Notes: generated by a model from the sequence alone, not told the origin. 56,037 bases of DNA from Nitrososphaeria archaeon (GCA_963752255.1 CAVVXT010000017.1:1-56037); one strand, 5' to 3'; shown: positions 19,430 through 28,194, counted from the stretch's first letter. Made by a program: numbers and translations.

Positions 19430-20075
19430 TTAACTGCCAATTCACAGTGAAAGCATAGCTTGTGTTAATAACCTGCGCAACGAAGTCGCTGTCTGCAACG
19501 GAAAGCCTTGAAACAAGCGTTCTTGCAACCGCATTTATACCACCTTCAAAAGCTATTAGAGAAGCCTGTACAAACATGAAAAGACCTACTTCGCCAACTG
19601 TGCCTGCATAACCTGCGTTAAATGATACTGACCAAAGAACATAACCTGACGTTGCAGTTGAGCCTGTCGTACCTGATTGTGCATTTGGTATTGTGCCAAT
19701 TCCTCCACCTATTGGTGCTGTCAAAGCGGTCATTGAAGCGGTTGTTGGGTGTGTTAGGTCTGTGCCACAGGTTATAGTGCCATCTGTGAAGCCTGCTGTC
19801 GCCCAATGGTATGAAGGATAATTATTCGAGCCCACCGTATCGCAACTAAATAGATTAATGAAAGCAAATAATCCATTAAGCACAAAGTGGTTTCTGAAAT
19901 GTCGTGTGTCCTTGCCACCGTTGTTAAACCATACTTCACCTTTCATAATGATTTTGTCTTTCGCCAATGTTAAGGTGTTCTTTCTTCTTATGACGATCTT
20001 GTCGTAAAGCGCTTTCAGCACTATTGGTGGTGCTTTGAATTGATATTTTCCTATTTTGAATGTCACTTCATTCAC
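19413..20075 (-). CDS. Viral beta-rich spike/turret candidate
   Basis: GTD...PTTAS.TAL...F.AG..GTVGEVGLF...LVSR motif reminiscent of phage tail-collar/baseplate-type domains. Confidence 0.55.
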   Translation of the reverse strand: MNEVTFKIGKYQFKAPPIVLKALYDKIVIRRKNTLTLAKDKIIMKGEVWFNNGGKDTRHFRNHFVLNGLFAFINLFSCDTVGSNNYPSYHWATAGFTDGTITCGTDLTHPTTASMTALTAPIGGGIGTIPNAQSGTTGSTATSGYVLWSVSFNAGYAGTVGEVGLFMFVQASLIAFEGGINAVARTLVSRLSVADSDFVAQVINTSYAFTVNWQLNAAFA

Positions 20076-20611
20076 CTGCTTCTACTTGGATATACTTGCA
20101 CGAAGTAAGAAGGATATTCCGTGTATAGCTCTGTGTGAGAAGCTAGCCATGCGCTAGGGTTGCCTTCTGCGGTCTTCATTTCTGAAGGATCAGCTTCACC
20201 ACTGTTTATTTGGTTTGCAAGATACGAGATATATCCACTGTCAATGAAGGCTTGCTCGATTGCGTCATTTGAAGAATAGATGCCGACAGGGAATTTCACG
20301 CCTAAAATTGAAGTATTACCTGCGGTTGTTTGCTGTGTGTTAGCGTATGAATAAAGTGTCTGTCCTTCATTTGTTGAAACTGAAGGATTACTTGTTCCCT
20401 GAAGGTATTGCTGACCTTCCGCGCTTGTTGTTATTACATTCGGATTATTTGATGATGCAGGCGTTGTGCTAGTTGCAGGCGTAAAAGTTGAAGCGCCTAA
20501 AGTGCTTAAAGCACTGCTTACTTGATCTTTAAAGAAGTAATATATCACGACTACACCACCTACTAAGGCAATTCCGATAATTGCGTATTTCTCATTCTTC
20601 TTTAAAGGCAA
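20072..20611 (-). CDS. Viral membrane protein with N-terminal TM
   Basis: MPLKKNEKYAIIGIALVGGVVVIYYFF then S/T-rich region; directly downstream of MCP. Confidence 0.7.
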   Translation of the reverse strand: MPLKKNEKYAIIGIALVGGVVVIYYFFKDQVSSALSTLGASTFTPATSTTPASSNNPNVITTSAEGQQYLQGTSNPSVSTNEGQTLYSYANTQQTTAGNTSILGVKFPVGIYSSNDAIEQAFIDSGYISYLANQINSGEADPSEMKTAEGNPSAWLASHTELYTEYPSYFVQVYPSRSR

Positions 20612-20614
20612 TGT

Positions 20615-21505
20615 CTAAACACTATCTCGCATCAAGTAGAGACGCAGAACTTTGCTGATAAGACCTGTCACAATGAATTTCGTCAAGGTTGTGACAACGT
20701 ATGGTTGATGTCCTAGAGAATAGAAGCCTGTCTGATGACCTGAATATGTGTCAAGGTTTTCTTCGTCAATCACGTTCTGGCTATCGATCGCATCCAATCC
20801 TGCGCCACCGTTAGGTGCTAGCGTGAAAGCTGTAAAATCCGCGTCAGCGCCCACCGCGTAAGTGCCAACTGACAGAACACCTGTGTCAATTATTTCCCTT
20901 GAAAGCTGTGACATCATATCGACGGTGTTATCTCCTGCACCTGTGACCATAATTTTTGGTATTGCTTCAATTCTCATAGTTGGTAGAGCAGCTTGGCCTT
21001 GCGTTGTTAAAGCCGCGTCCTCCCAAATACCATAAACGGCGACAGTGATCGTTGAAGAAGCTGATCCAACTGTGCTTAAAACGTCACCTGTATTCCCAAT
21101 GGTCAGATCTAGAACCGCAGGCTGATCCGCGCTTGCAACCCTGCAAGGCACATAAACCATTGCTGTCCCACCTGTGTCACCTGCGTTTGCAATAGTTGGA
21201 TAACGACCTTTCGCTGAAGCACGCCCCAGCTTTTTAGAAAGCATGAAGGTTTCAAAAGGTATATCGTAGCCTTCACCCGCGTTTATAATCGGTTGCTGAT
21301 TCTTGTCTCTTAAAGCAATGCCGTGTAAGAAGTACATTGAAGATATTTTCCTTGAAGTGCCTGATCCGATTGTTGTCGCAACCGTCACCTGAAAGTCTAA
21401 CCCTTTCAAGTCACCGTAGTTAGGCAAAGGCACTTGTTGCTGTGGTTGATTATTTGCCGTGAAAGTGATTGTTCCGTAATTTTTTATTAGCTTACGATAT
21501 TGCAT
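20615..21505 (-). CDS. Putative double-jelly-roll major capsid protein
   Basis: 296 aa, beta-strand-rich, no TM. Motif order resembles my recollection of STIV B345 (TITFTA..VPLP..DLKGLDFQV / FLHGIALR / G.YP / ITVAVY / LP..IEAIP / D.TAFTL / EEN..Y). Lies just downstream of the packaging ATPase. Confidence 0.7.
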   Translation of the reverse strand: MQYRKLIKNYGTITFTANNQPQQQVPLPNYGDLKGLDFQVTVATTIGSGTSRKISSMYFLHGIALRDKNQQPIINAGEGYDIPFETFMLSKKLGRASAKGRYPTIANAGDTGGTAMVYVPCRVASADQPAVLDLTIGNTGDVLSTVGSASSTITVAVYGIWEDAALTTQGQAALPTMRIEAIPKIMVTGAGDNTVDMMSQLSREIIDTGVLSVGTYAVGADADFTAFTLAPNGGAGLDAIDSQNVIDEENLDTYSGHQTGFYSLGHQPYVVTTLTKFIVTGLISKVLRLYLMRDSV

Positions 21506-21730
21506 TTAAGGCTTCACCGCAGGTGTACTTTCATCTAGGTCTTCGCTCAAAGTCGCGGCTAGTGCACCACCGAATCCAATAATGAAGGTTGCGTAAGGTG
21601 TAACCGCAGGCAAAGCAGGCATGACAAAAACTGATACAGCACCGATAAACCACATAACAGTACCTAAAACAATACCTGAAGCGCCAGCAACAACTAATTT
21701 TCTATTAATGCTAGGCAAAGTCCATTTCAC
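21506..21730 (-). CDS. Viral two-TM membrane protein
   Basis: 74 aa, two hydrophobic helices; abuts the MCP start. Confidence 0.65.
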   Translation of the reverse strand: MKWTLPSINRKLVVAGASGIVLGTVMWFIGAVSVFVMPALPAVTPYATFIIGFGGALAATLSEDLDESTPAVKP

Positions 21731-21849
21731 CCACTAGGCTTTACCTTCAATATTTGCTGATCCAAGCTAAAGTAGTAAAAAATAGCTAGTCCAACAATTA
21801 CTGCCACCGATCCGATGGCAATTTCTTTAACTATGGATTTCCATTCCAT
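21727..21849 (-). CDS. Viral 40-aa single-TM protein (not in ORF track)
   Basis: MEWKSIVKEIAIGSVAVIVGLAIFYYFSLDQQILKVKPSG; GTGA overlap with the next gene. Confidence 0.6.
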   Translation of the reverse strand: MEWKSIVKEIAIGSVAVIVGLAIFYYFSLDQQILKVKPSG

Positions 21850-21916
21850 AGAGTATTTGGAAGAGTTTATTTGTTAACCTATTCGATTTACTTCATTATT
21901 TGGGAGTGTTTATAAG

Positions 21917-22156
21917 TCAGATGAGAAAAAGAAGCCTTGCACATTCTAGGCAATAGTATTTTGAGCATCCACCGTGACCGCGCTTGATAACAATTGTTTC
22001 ACCTTCAAGGAAAATATGTGGGTGAATTCCGTGTTTCATAGAATTATAGCATGTTAAACCGAAGCGCAGACCATATCTTGACTTCATCATCATTTGCAGA
22101 TTTGTCGCGTTAAGAGTGATCTTGTTTATTCGATTGAAGTTTTGAAAGTCGGACAT
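21917..22156 (-). CDS. Viral Zn-binding protein
   Basis: C...H...YYCLECA pattern. Confidence 0.6.
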   Translation of the reverse strand: MSDFQNFNRINKITLNATNLQMMMKSRYGLRFGLTCYNSMKHGIHPHIFLEGETIVIKRGHGGCSKYYCLECARLLFLI

Positions 22157-22165
22157 TTAGATCAT

Positions 22166-22768
22166 TTAAATTGGTTTCATAAGCGCAGGCTTGTCACTAT
22201 ACTTATATTTCATGTAGTAGTGGTATCTTGGAAGATTTTTCAGTTCCAAAACGTCGCAGCCGATCCATGAGGCGACAAGTTTAACGTCGTGGATCCAACC
22301 AAGACGGAAAACATAGATAAATTCAGCGTTTGAAACAATCGCCTTATGAATTTCCTGTGGGCGCTGAGTTATGCTAATCGTTGTTTTTCCTTCATTTCTG
22401 CCTGTCCTGATCCTGTCTTCAAAAACTTCAGGCATGAAGTTTGTGCCACCGTATTCCTGCACTTCTTCAACTATCATAACAAGGTTAAGCTGATTGTTGT
22501 AGTGCTTGCAAAACTCTATGAAGGCAGATATTTTTTTGTTGATCGGTTGATAAACATATTGCGCGTTTGCTTCGTACTTGTGTGATTTAGGGATTGGGAG
22601 ATCACTATATCCGCGCCAATTATAATCATAGATCACGAAGCTAACATTTGAAGCAATAAGGCTTCTTTTGACTATGAAGTTGTTTACGAAAAATGTTTTA
22701 CCTGATCCTGCGCTTCCAACAATCAGCACATTATTGTCGTAAGGATCATAGGTGATCCTGTCAGACAT
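22166..22768 (-). CDS. A32/FtsK-HerA-type genome packaging ATPase (STIV B204-like)
   Basis: Walker A GSAGSGKT, Walker B VMIVEE, GR (Arg finger), ITQRP, C-terminal K.L..YHY....KPI; 200 aa, no TM. Confidence 0.88.
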   Translation of the reverse strand: MSDRITYDPYDNNVLIVGSAGSGKTFFVNNFIVKRSLIASNVSFVIYDYNWRGYSDLPIPKSHKYEANAQYVYQPINKKISAFIEFCKHYNNQLNLVMIVEEVQEYGGTNFMPEVFEDRIRTGRNEGKTTISITQRPQEIHKAIVSNAEFIYVFRLGWIHDVKLVASWIGCDVLELKNLPRYHYYMKYKYSDKPALMKPI

Positions 22769-22971
22769 TAAGTGTTCACTTCAGTTTTAGGTGCTTCAAT
22801 CTCCTTTTTTTCTACTAGCTCTATTTCAAAAGATAGAAGAAACTTGTTGTCACCGATCTTGTCAAAAGAAGCTGTCACCTTCATGTTTGTGTCGATTTTT
22901 ATGTCTGCTTTATCCATCATTTTTATGAGCGGCTTTAAGGCAAATTCAAGAAGCGATAAAGTACCTGACAT
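22768..22971 (-). CDS. Viral hypothetical protein
   Basis: 67 aa, stop overlaps the ATPase start. Confidence 0.6.
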   Translation of the reverse strand: MSGTLSLLEFALKPLIKMMDKADIKIDTNMKVTASFDKIGDNKFLLSFEIELVEKKEIEAPKTEVNT

Positions 22972-22976
22972 TTAGA

Positions 22977-23645
22977 TCACTTTGTTTCCTTCTTTTCTTC
23001 AGCTTTCGGTGGCGTTGCAGGTGGTGTTGTTGGTTTCTTTTTACGCGTCATGAACTGCGCAAGAATAGGCGCGATAAATGCACTTGCAGTTGCACCTGCG
23101 GCAATATATAGAATTGTGTCACCTTCAACAATCCTTTCATGAACCCTTATCTGCATACCTGAAAGGGCAGGCTTCCAAAGCTCACCTAAATTCGCAAAGT
23201 CGTCATCGTCAGGTACTTCAAGACCGAAGCCTTCAAGTATGCCTGCAATGTTTTTGAATATCTTTTCAAGGTTAAGCTTTTCAGATAGAGGTACAAGTTT
23301 AACTGAAGATGTTGTCGTGCCTTGTACTGTTTGCCCGATTGGGATCGGTGGCTTCGGTTGCGGATTCACATTAACTTTAACGTCACTTGCAGACGTTACC
23401 TGCTTTGCTCTTTCTTCTAGCAGTTTGTTTCTTGCAAGATAGATTGTTGCTGATGAACATTTAATCGCTTTAGCGATCTCGTCGACGATTTTCTGATCTA
23501 TTTTTTGTTCTAAAACGATTTTACCTGAAGAAACATATTCATTTATTTTTTGTTTAGCTAGCTCTGTTAGATCAATTTTCGTTGAAGTTTGAGGTGCAAA
23601 TGTTTCAGGTGCTTTCTTTTCTTCAGCTTTTGGTTGTTCACTCAA
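22977..23645 (-). CDS. Viral protein with HTH-like segment and C-terminal hydrophobic helix
   Basis: VDEIAKAIKCSSATIYLAR (HTH-like); C-terminal ILYIAAGATASAFIAPILAQF plus basic/Pro tail. Confidence 0.6.
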   Translation of the reverse strand: MSEQPKAEEKKAPETFAPQTSTKIDLTELAKQKINEYVSSGKIVLEQKIDQKIVDEIAKAIKCSSATIYLARNKLLEERAKQVTSASDVKVNVNPQPKPPIPIGQTVQGTTTSSVKLVPLSEKLNLEKIFKNIAGILEGFGLEVPDDDDFANLGELWKPALSGMQIRVHERIVEGDTILYIAAGATASAFIAPILAQFMTRKKKPTTPPATPPKAEEKKETK

Positions 23646-23680
23646 TTTATTTCAACCTCAGTCGTGAGTTTTAAATTTCA

Positions 23681-24019
23681 TCAGTTATCGCTTCTCTCAA
23701 ATCTGCTTTTGAGAAAAGAAACAACTTTGTCGCGAAGGTCTTTATCATAGATCAGGATCGCGCCAGCGCTAAAAACGAGAACAACGATTACAACAACAGC
23801 GAATTGCCATCCTTTAATGCCTTCATCTTTTGGTATATTCTTAGGTATTTCATTAGGTATAGACTTAGGTATAGACTTAGGTAATTCTTTTACTTCATCA
23901 CTTATTTTGGCTATTTCTTCACCTTTTGGATTAAGCACTTTGTCACCTTTGATTTCTTCAGGCTTTGCTTCATCTGGTTTTTCTTCAGTCTTCTTCGTGT
24001 CTTTGTTTTCTTCAGTCAC
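23681..24019 (-). CDS. Viral membrane protein with IPK(S/N) repeats
   Basis: Charged N-terminus, 12-bp tandem repeats, C-terminal TM. Confidence 0.65.
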   Translation of the reverse strand: MTEENKDTKKTEEKPDEAKPEEIKGDKVLNPKGEEIAKISDEVKELPKSIPKSIPNEIPKNIPKDEGIKGWQFAVVVIVVLVFSAGAILIYDKDLRDKVVSFLKSRFERSDN

Positions 24020-24215
24020 TTAAATCGCCCCAATCTTTTACTTCAAGATTTACCCAATCTATTTTCATTTTATATTTTTTTTCAAATTTGAGAAGCGCGT
24101 CCTTATGTTCCAACGCGTCCTTATGTTCCAACTGAAGCCTTGTAAAATAGTGAATAAAAGAGATACAACGTCGAACTTCCTCGCGCGCCTCAAACCTCTT
24201 TGTTTCTTCGGACAT
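24012..24215 (-). CDS. Viral hypothetical protein
   Basis: 67 aa; perfect in-frame 18-bp tandem duplication (24096-24131, EHKDAL x2). Confidence 0.6.
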   Translation of the reverse strand: MSEETKRFEAREEVRRCISFIHYFTRLQLEHKDALEHKDALLKFEKKYKMKIDWVNLEVKDWGDLSD

Positions 24216-24443
24216 TTAGGGTGTCACCTTATCGTTTTGAAAAGAAACGGCTTCGCTTGTTTTGACTTGATCTCCTAACGTAAGATTGAGAAGTTTTGAG
24301 AGATCTAGTAGCTGTGCAAGGTCTCCAAATTGACTTAATGCATTTAGATCAATTGATGCTACGATTTTGTCGTTTATCTTGAAGTAAATAATTTCGCTGT
24401 ATGCGCTATATTCTATTTTGACTGTTTGTATTTTTTCACTCAA
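24216..24443 (-). CDS. Viral hypothetical protein
   Basis: 75 aa, GGTGA SD, abuts neighbours. Confidence 0.55.
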   Translation of the reverse strand: MSEKIQTVKIEYSAYSEIIYFKINDKIVASIDLNALSQFGDLAQLLDLSKLLNLTLGDQVKTSEAVSFQNDKVTP

Positions 24444-24591
24444 CTTCTATTTCACCGTTAACCCATTTCCTAAGCAGTTTCTCGACAACCTGCCAAATCG
24501 TAGTCTTATGGCTTCGCGCCTTCACAACACCGACAACTAGCAGATTGTAGTCAACCTTGATCCATGTCCTAATCCTTTCCTTTGTTGTCAT
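24436..24591 (-). CDS. Viral 51-aa RHH-like protein (not in ORF track)
   Basis: MTTKERIRTWIKVDYNLL...KARSHKTTIWQVVEKLLRKWV. Confidence 0.6.
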   Translation of the reverse strand: MTTKERIRTWIKVDYNLLVVGVVKARSHKTTIWQVVEKLLRKWVNGEIEVE

Positions 24592-24596
24592 TTAGA

Positions 24597-25100
24597 TCAT
24601 CCTTTCTTCAAGCTCTCCCTTGCTATGCGATGCACGATGTCGTCTTTGTCGTCTAGGTCAAATTCTCGTCCTGAAGTTGGATTGTTCTGCCATGAAGATT
24701 CCTGTCGGTAAGGTTCAAAGTCATCTCTTTCCCTCTGAGATTTCCAGCTTTCAGTCTTCGGAGGATTCATCTTAGCCTTCTTGTAGTTAATGGTTAACAC
24801 CTTACGTGGACAGTTTTTGCAGTAAATCTTCGCCATATCCTCTTTCTCAATCTTAGGATATTTCTGAAGAATAGGGCACTCAAAAGTTTGCTTACCTCTA
24901 ATCCAATCATAGAGATCATAAAGACAGATTGTTAGATTGCTGTCGTCAACGTTGACTCCCTGACTTTCTGTTTTCGTTTCATTGGTGTCATTAAGTTTAT
25001 CATGGATGATCTGATTGATTGTTTTGCCAGATGCCTTTTGTAATTCAATGATAGCTTTATAGTCTTCATCTAAAATTTTGACGCTTTTAAAATTAGACAT
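24597..25100 (-). CDS. Viral protein with N-terminal RHH-like domain and Cys cluster; first gene of the long operon
   Basis: KSVKILDEDYKAIIELQKASGKTINQII; C..ECP...YCKNC. Confidence 0.65.
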   Translation of the reverse strand: MSNFKSVKILDEDYKAIIELQKASGKTINQIIHDKLNDTNETKTESQGVNVDDSNLTICLYDLYDWIRGKQTFECPILQKYPKIEKEDMAKIYCKNCPRKVLTINYKKAKMNPPKTESWKSQRERDDFEPYRQESSWQNNPTSGREFDLDDKDDIVHRIARESLKKG

Positions 25101-25135
25101 TTGTGTTGGTATTATAATGATTGCTATTTAAGGTT

Positions 25136-25520
25136 ATTATGCAATCATATTAGTGCTCTCGAACACTCCTTTATTGCATAATCCCGTTCATTTTTATGTC
25201 ATCATTGTATAATGCAATTGCGTTATCGTTGCTTTCGTGGTATATTATAGAGCGTTAAAACATGGCGATTTTAAAAAGAAAAATGACTTTTTGACATGCA
25301 GACTAAAGAGTGTTGCCAACTATATAGGTTCTACCTGTTCTACCTGTCCATTATGCAAAGGCTTTTTGTTTCATTTTTGTTTATTCTACCTGTTCTACCT
25401 TTATTCTACCTTGATTATGCAATGACTTATGAAGTGTCAATAATGCAATGATTGACATCAAAAAAGGCATTATGCAATGGTTAGTGCAACGCTCAACCAT
25501 TGCGTTATTATTTGCTTTCG
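25136..25520. repeat. Repeat-rich provirus control/origin region
   Basis: Seven ATWATGCAAW copies, five TTCTACCT copies, and inverted repeats at 25136/25173, 25435-25457 and 25474-25503. Confidence 0.75.
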
Positions 25521-27047
25521 TTAAAGTGTGTTTGTAATATCCAGAAGTCTTTGGCAGTAATTTCTGCAGTTTGTATAGGTGTCTTTGTACAACTCAAATA
25601 TTTTGTCGTAGAGCACATGATTTTCATATGAAGGCTCATGTTCTCCAACGTCATTGACCAACACATCTGACGCTCTCTTCATATCCTTGAAATCGCCGAT
25701 AGCTATGCCAGCTAAAATAGCTGCCCCTAGAGATGATGCTTCCTCAACATTGGTCTTTATGACTTTTTTACCACAGACGTCGCTAACAATTTGTCTCCAT
25801 AAAATTGATCTAGCTCCTCCTCCACTGACTTTCAAAGATTCGATGGGGGCATATTCCTCTATGGCATCCTGTATCCATCGTAAAGTGAAAGTTACACCCT
25901 CCATCATGCACCTTATAATATGTGACCTACCGTGACCTAAACTTAAACCAAATATCATTCCTCTTACGTAAGGGTCCCTAATGGGGAACCTCTCACCGGA
26001 CATAAAAGGCAGAAACATTAAACCGTTGCATCCTGGAGGTGCTTTAGCTGCCTGTTCATCCAGTAGAGTGTAAACATCTACCCCCCTTTTCTTCGCTTCT
26101 TCCACTTCTTTTTCTGCAAAGTTTTCTCTGAACCATCTTAAGACAATGCCACAATTATTTACAGCCCCACCTGTAAGCCAATTTCGAGAAGCTATATAGT
26201 AGCAGAAGAACCTCATATTCTTATCCCAGATTGGATGTTTTGAAACTATCCTAACTGCGCCGCTGGAGCCTAGACTGAATGCGCCGACGCCTTCTGCTAC
26301 AGCTCCAAGGCCAACATTCGATAGAGCCCCATCAGAAGCTCCTAATGCTACGGGAGTGCCCTCTTCTAAATGCAGATTTTGAGCCACACTCCCCGGTAAT
26401 TTGTTGAAAACGGTGTCTCCTTCAACAAGATTTGGTAGCATCGACTCATCGATTCCAACAGCCTCGAGCAACCTGCTATCCCACTTAATCGATGTTATAT
26501 TGAGTAGCTGCGACCCCGATGCCAAAGACGGGTTTGTATAATAATCTCCAAAGAGCCTGAATATGATATAGTCTTGAGCTGTTACTATTTTATGGCATTT
26601 TGAGAATATGTCTGGAATATTCTCTCTCATCCAGAGTATCTTTGGTGCAAGATAAATGAACAATGGAGGACACCCTGTTCTCCTGTACAATTCTTCCGCG
26701 CCCATCTTTTCCTCAAGTTTGTTAACCTGCTCTGCCGCCCTAACATCGACCCATGGAATCAGTCTAGTCAAAGGTCTCCCCTTCTTATCGACAATACATA
26801 GGCCATGCATCTGTCCGGTGAATCCGATCGCCTTCACCCTATCGCCAACTGCTTTAGCTACATCAATGATTGCTTTACATGTGGAATCGTAAAGTTCATC
26901 TGGGTCCTGCTCAGCCCAGCTTGGTTTTGGATGTTCAACTCTTACTTCTATCTTTGACTCCTTGACAATTTTACCTTGATAATTGAAGGCGAATGCTCTG
27001 ACGGCAGTTGTGCCAATATCGATTCCAAGTAAGACGTCTTTGTTCAT
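25521..27047 (-). CDS. FGGY-family carbohydrate kinase (gluconokinase-like)
   Basis: GIDIGTT, EQDP, GASDGALSNVGLGA, FLPFMSGERFP, SGGGARS.LWRQI. Confidence 0.9.
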   Translation of the reverse strand: MNKDVLLGIDIGTTAVRAFAFNYQGKIVKESKIEVRVEHPKPSWAEQDPDELYDSTCKAIIDVAKAVGDRVKAIGFTGQMHGLCIVDKKGRPLTRLIPWVDVRAAEQVNKLEEKMGAEELYRRTGCPPLFIYLAPKILWMRENIPDIFSKCHKIVTAQDYIIFRLFGDYYTNPSLASGSQLLNITSIKWDSRLLEAVGIDESMLPNLVEGDTVFNKLPGSVAQNLHLEEGTPVALGASDGALSNVGLGAVAEGVGAFSLGSSGAVRIVSKHPIWDKNMRFFCYYIASRNWLTGGAVNNCGIVLRWFRENFAEKEVEEAKKRGVDVYTLLDEQAAKAPPGCNGLMFLPFMSGERFPIRDPYVRGMIFGLSLGHGRSHIIRCMMEGVTFTLRWIQDAIEEYAPIESLKVSGGGARSILWRQIVSDVCGKKVIKTNVEEASSLGAAILAGIAIGDFKDMKRASDVLVNDVGEHEPSYENHVLYDKIFELYKDTYTNCRNYCQRLLDITNTL

Positions 27048-27141
27048 TCTTCAACTGGTCACTAATGCGCTGTATGTAAATCTTTTTCTTAAAAAAATAG
27101 TTTTTAAAGGAAGTAAGGTAATAGTTAAGTGGGTCATTGGT

Positions 27142-27339
27142 TTGGCGGAATTGATTTGCCAAGTCTGTGGTTATCGGACGCTTGTGCCAACCCATCATGG
27201 TGTTCCAATGAGACCTATTAAAGAGGGTTTTATCAAGAAGAAGGTGATCAGGCTCGAATGTCAATCATGTGATCGTTCAATGTCTTTACCTACTCATTGT
27301 GATACGCCTATGACTTATATAGAAGATAAAAAAAAGTAG
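27142..27339 (+). CDS. Small double Zn-binding repeat protein
   Basis: Two CxxC...P.H[HC]..PM repeats; likely TTG start at 27142. Confidence 0.65.
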   Translation: MAELICQVCGYRTLVPTHHGVPMRPIKEGFIKKKVIRLECQSCDRSMSLPTHCDTPMTYIEDKKK

Positions 27340-27543
27340 TATTAGGTAGCGATATAGTAGAAACCCTAAATCTTAAGAAACTCGAACGAAATGGCAAGCT
27401 GCACATCAGTTTGTTCAAGAGCATCCTTCTTTGACAGGTTGCAGGGTGAATCCGTTTGTCTGTCCACACCTGATGATAAGGCCTGCCATTTTGCGCTAAG
27501 AGGTGAAGGTGCTTCCAAGTTTGGTTGCGTTAATTTTGATTGT

Positions 27544-28194
27544 CTAGCCGGCAAATATTATGTAGATTCCGATGGCAGCGATAATGAAGCCTACAATAGA
27601 ATCGTTGTATTTCTCAGGGACATGCTCAAATGTTTTTGCAAGTCCTTTGATACCAACTTGAACGAGAACCAATTGAGACAGAATTGAAGTTACAACAAAG
27701 ATGATGAGAAGATAGAATGCAAATAGCAGACCAATTGGAATGGAAGCTAGGAAGATAGGGGTGATGCTTAGGTCGGGAGAAAGTGCTGCTCCAAGGATAG
27801 CAAAGTAACCAATTCCATTGAGTCTCGACACATGCTTTTTTTCCTTCTCCTTAACTAGTTTCTCCTCTGGGGTAATCTCTCTTTTCTTTTTGGACACAAG
27901 AGCCCTGACACCAATGAAAAGCCCAACTACAAGCATTACGAATCCAACGGCGTATGAAATGTAGGAAGAGATCAGCCTTGAAAACAATAGTCCTGCTACG
28001 GCGATTCCAAATCCCAATGCCGCTGAAAGCATAGCGTGACCAGTAGCCGTTGCAAGCGATACGCCAAACAATCTTTTTCTACTCCAACCCGATGTCCTAC
28101 TGAGAATGCAGAGAGTAACCCAGTGGTCTGGAGCTGACATATGCAAAACTCCAACAAGCCCTGCTCCAACCAACAAAGGAATTATGTTAGTCAT
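27544..28194 (-). CDS. Membrane protein of Ni/Co transporter (NicO/RcnA/UreH-like) type
   Basis: GVLHMSAPDHW motif, GH in TM2, about 6 TM helices. Confidence 0.65.
   Translation of the reverse strand: MTNIIPLLVGAGLVGVLHMSAPDHWVTLCILSRTSGWSRKRLFGVSLATATGHAMLSAALGFGIAVAGLLFSRLISSYISYAVGFVMLVVGLFIGVRALVSKKKREITPEEKLVKEKEKKHVSRLNGIGYFAILGAALSPDLSITPIFLASIPIGLLFAFYLLIIFVVTSILSQLVLVQVGIKGLAKTFEHVPEKYNDSIVGFIIAAIGIYIIFAG

Larger units (their letters stand above)
13084..25520. mobile_element. Integrated provirus of double-jelly-roll capsid (Varidnaviria; STIV/Turriviridae-like) lineage; boundaries approximate
   Basis: About 30 tightly packed, mostly minus-strand ORFs with overlapping start/stop and GGTGA SD motifs. 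Includes a tyrosine integrase, an A32-type ATPase, a DJR-like MCP and many membrane and Zn-finger mini-proteins. Flanked by host cupin and gluconokinase genes. Confidence 0.88.

Noticed and set aside
22166-22768. Conjugative VirB4/VirD4 or host HerA
   Set aside because: Too short, no TM or HAS domain, and no T4SS, relaxase or nurA neighbours; the context is a capsid module.
25237-25425. 62-aa ORF in the provirus control region
   Set aside because: Its sequence is a by-product of the TTCTACCT repeats, and it runs against the operon.
25329-25478. CRISPR-like array
   Set aside because: Repeats are only 8-10 bp with irregular spacing, and there are no cas genes.
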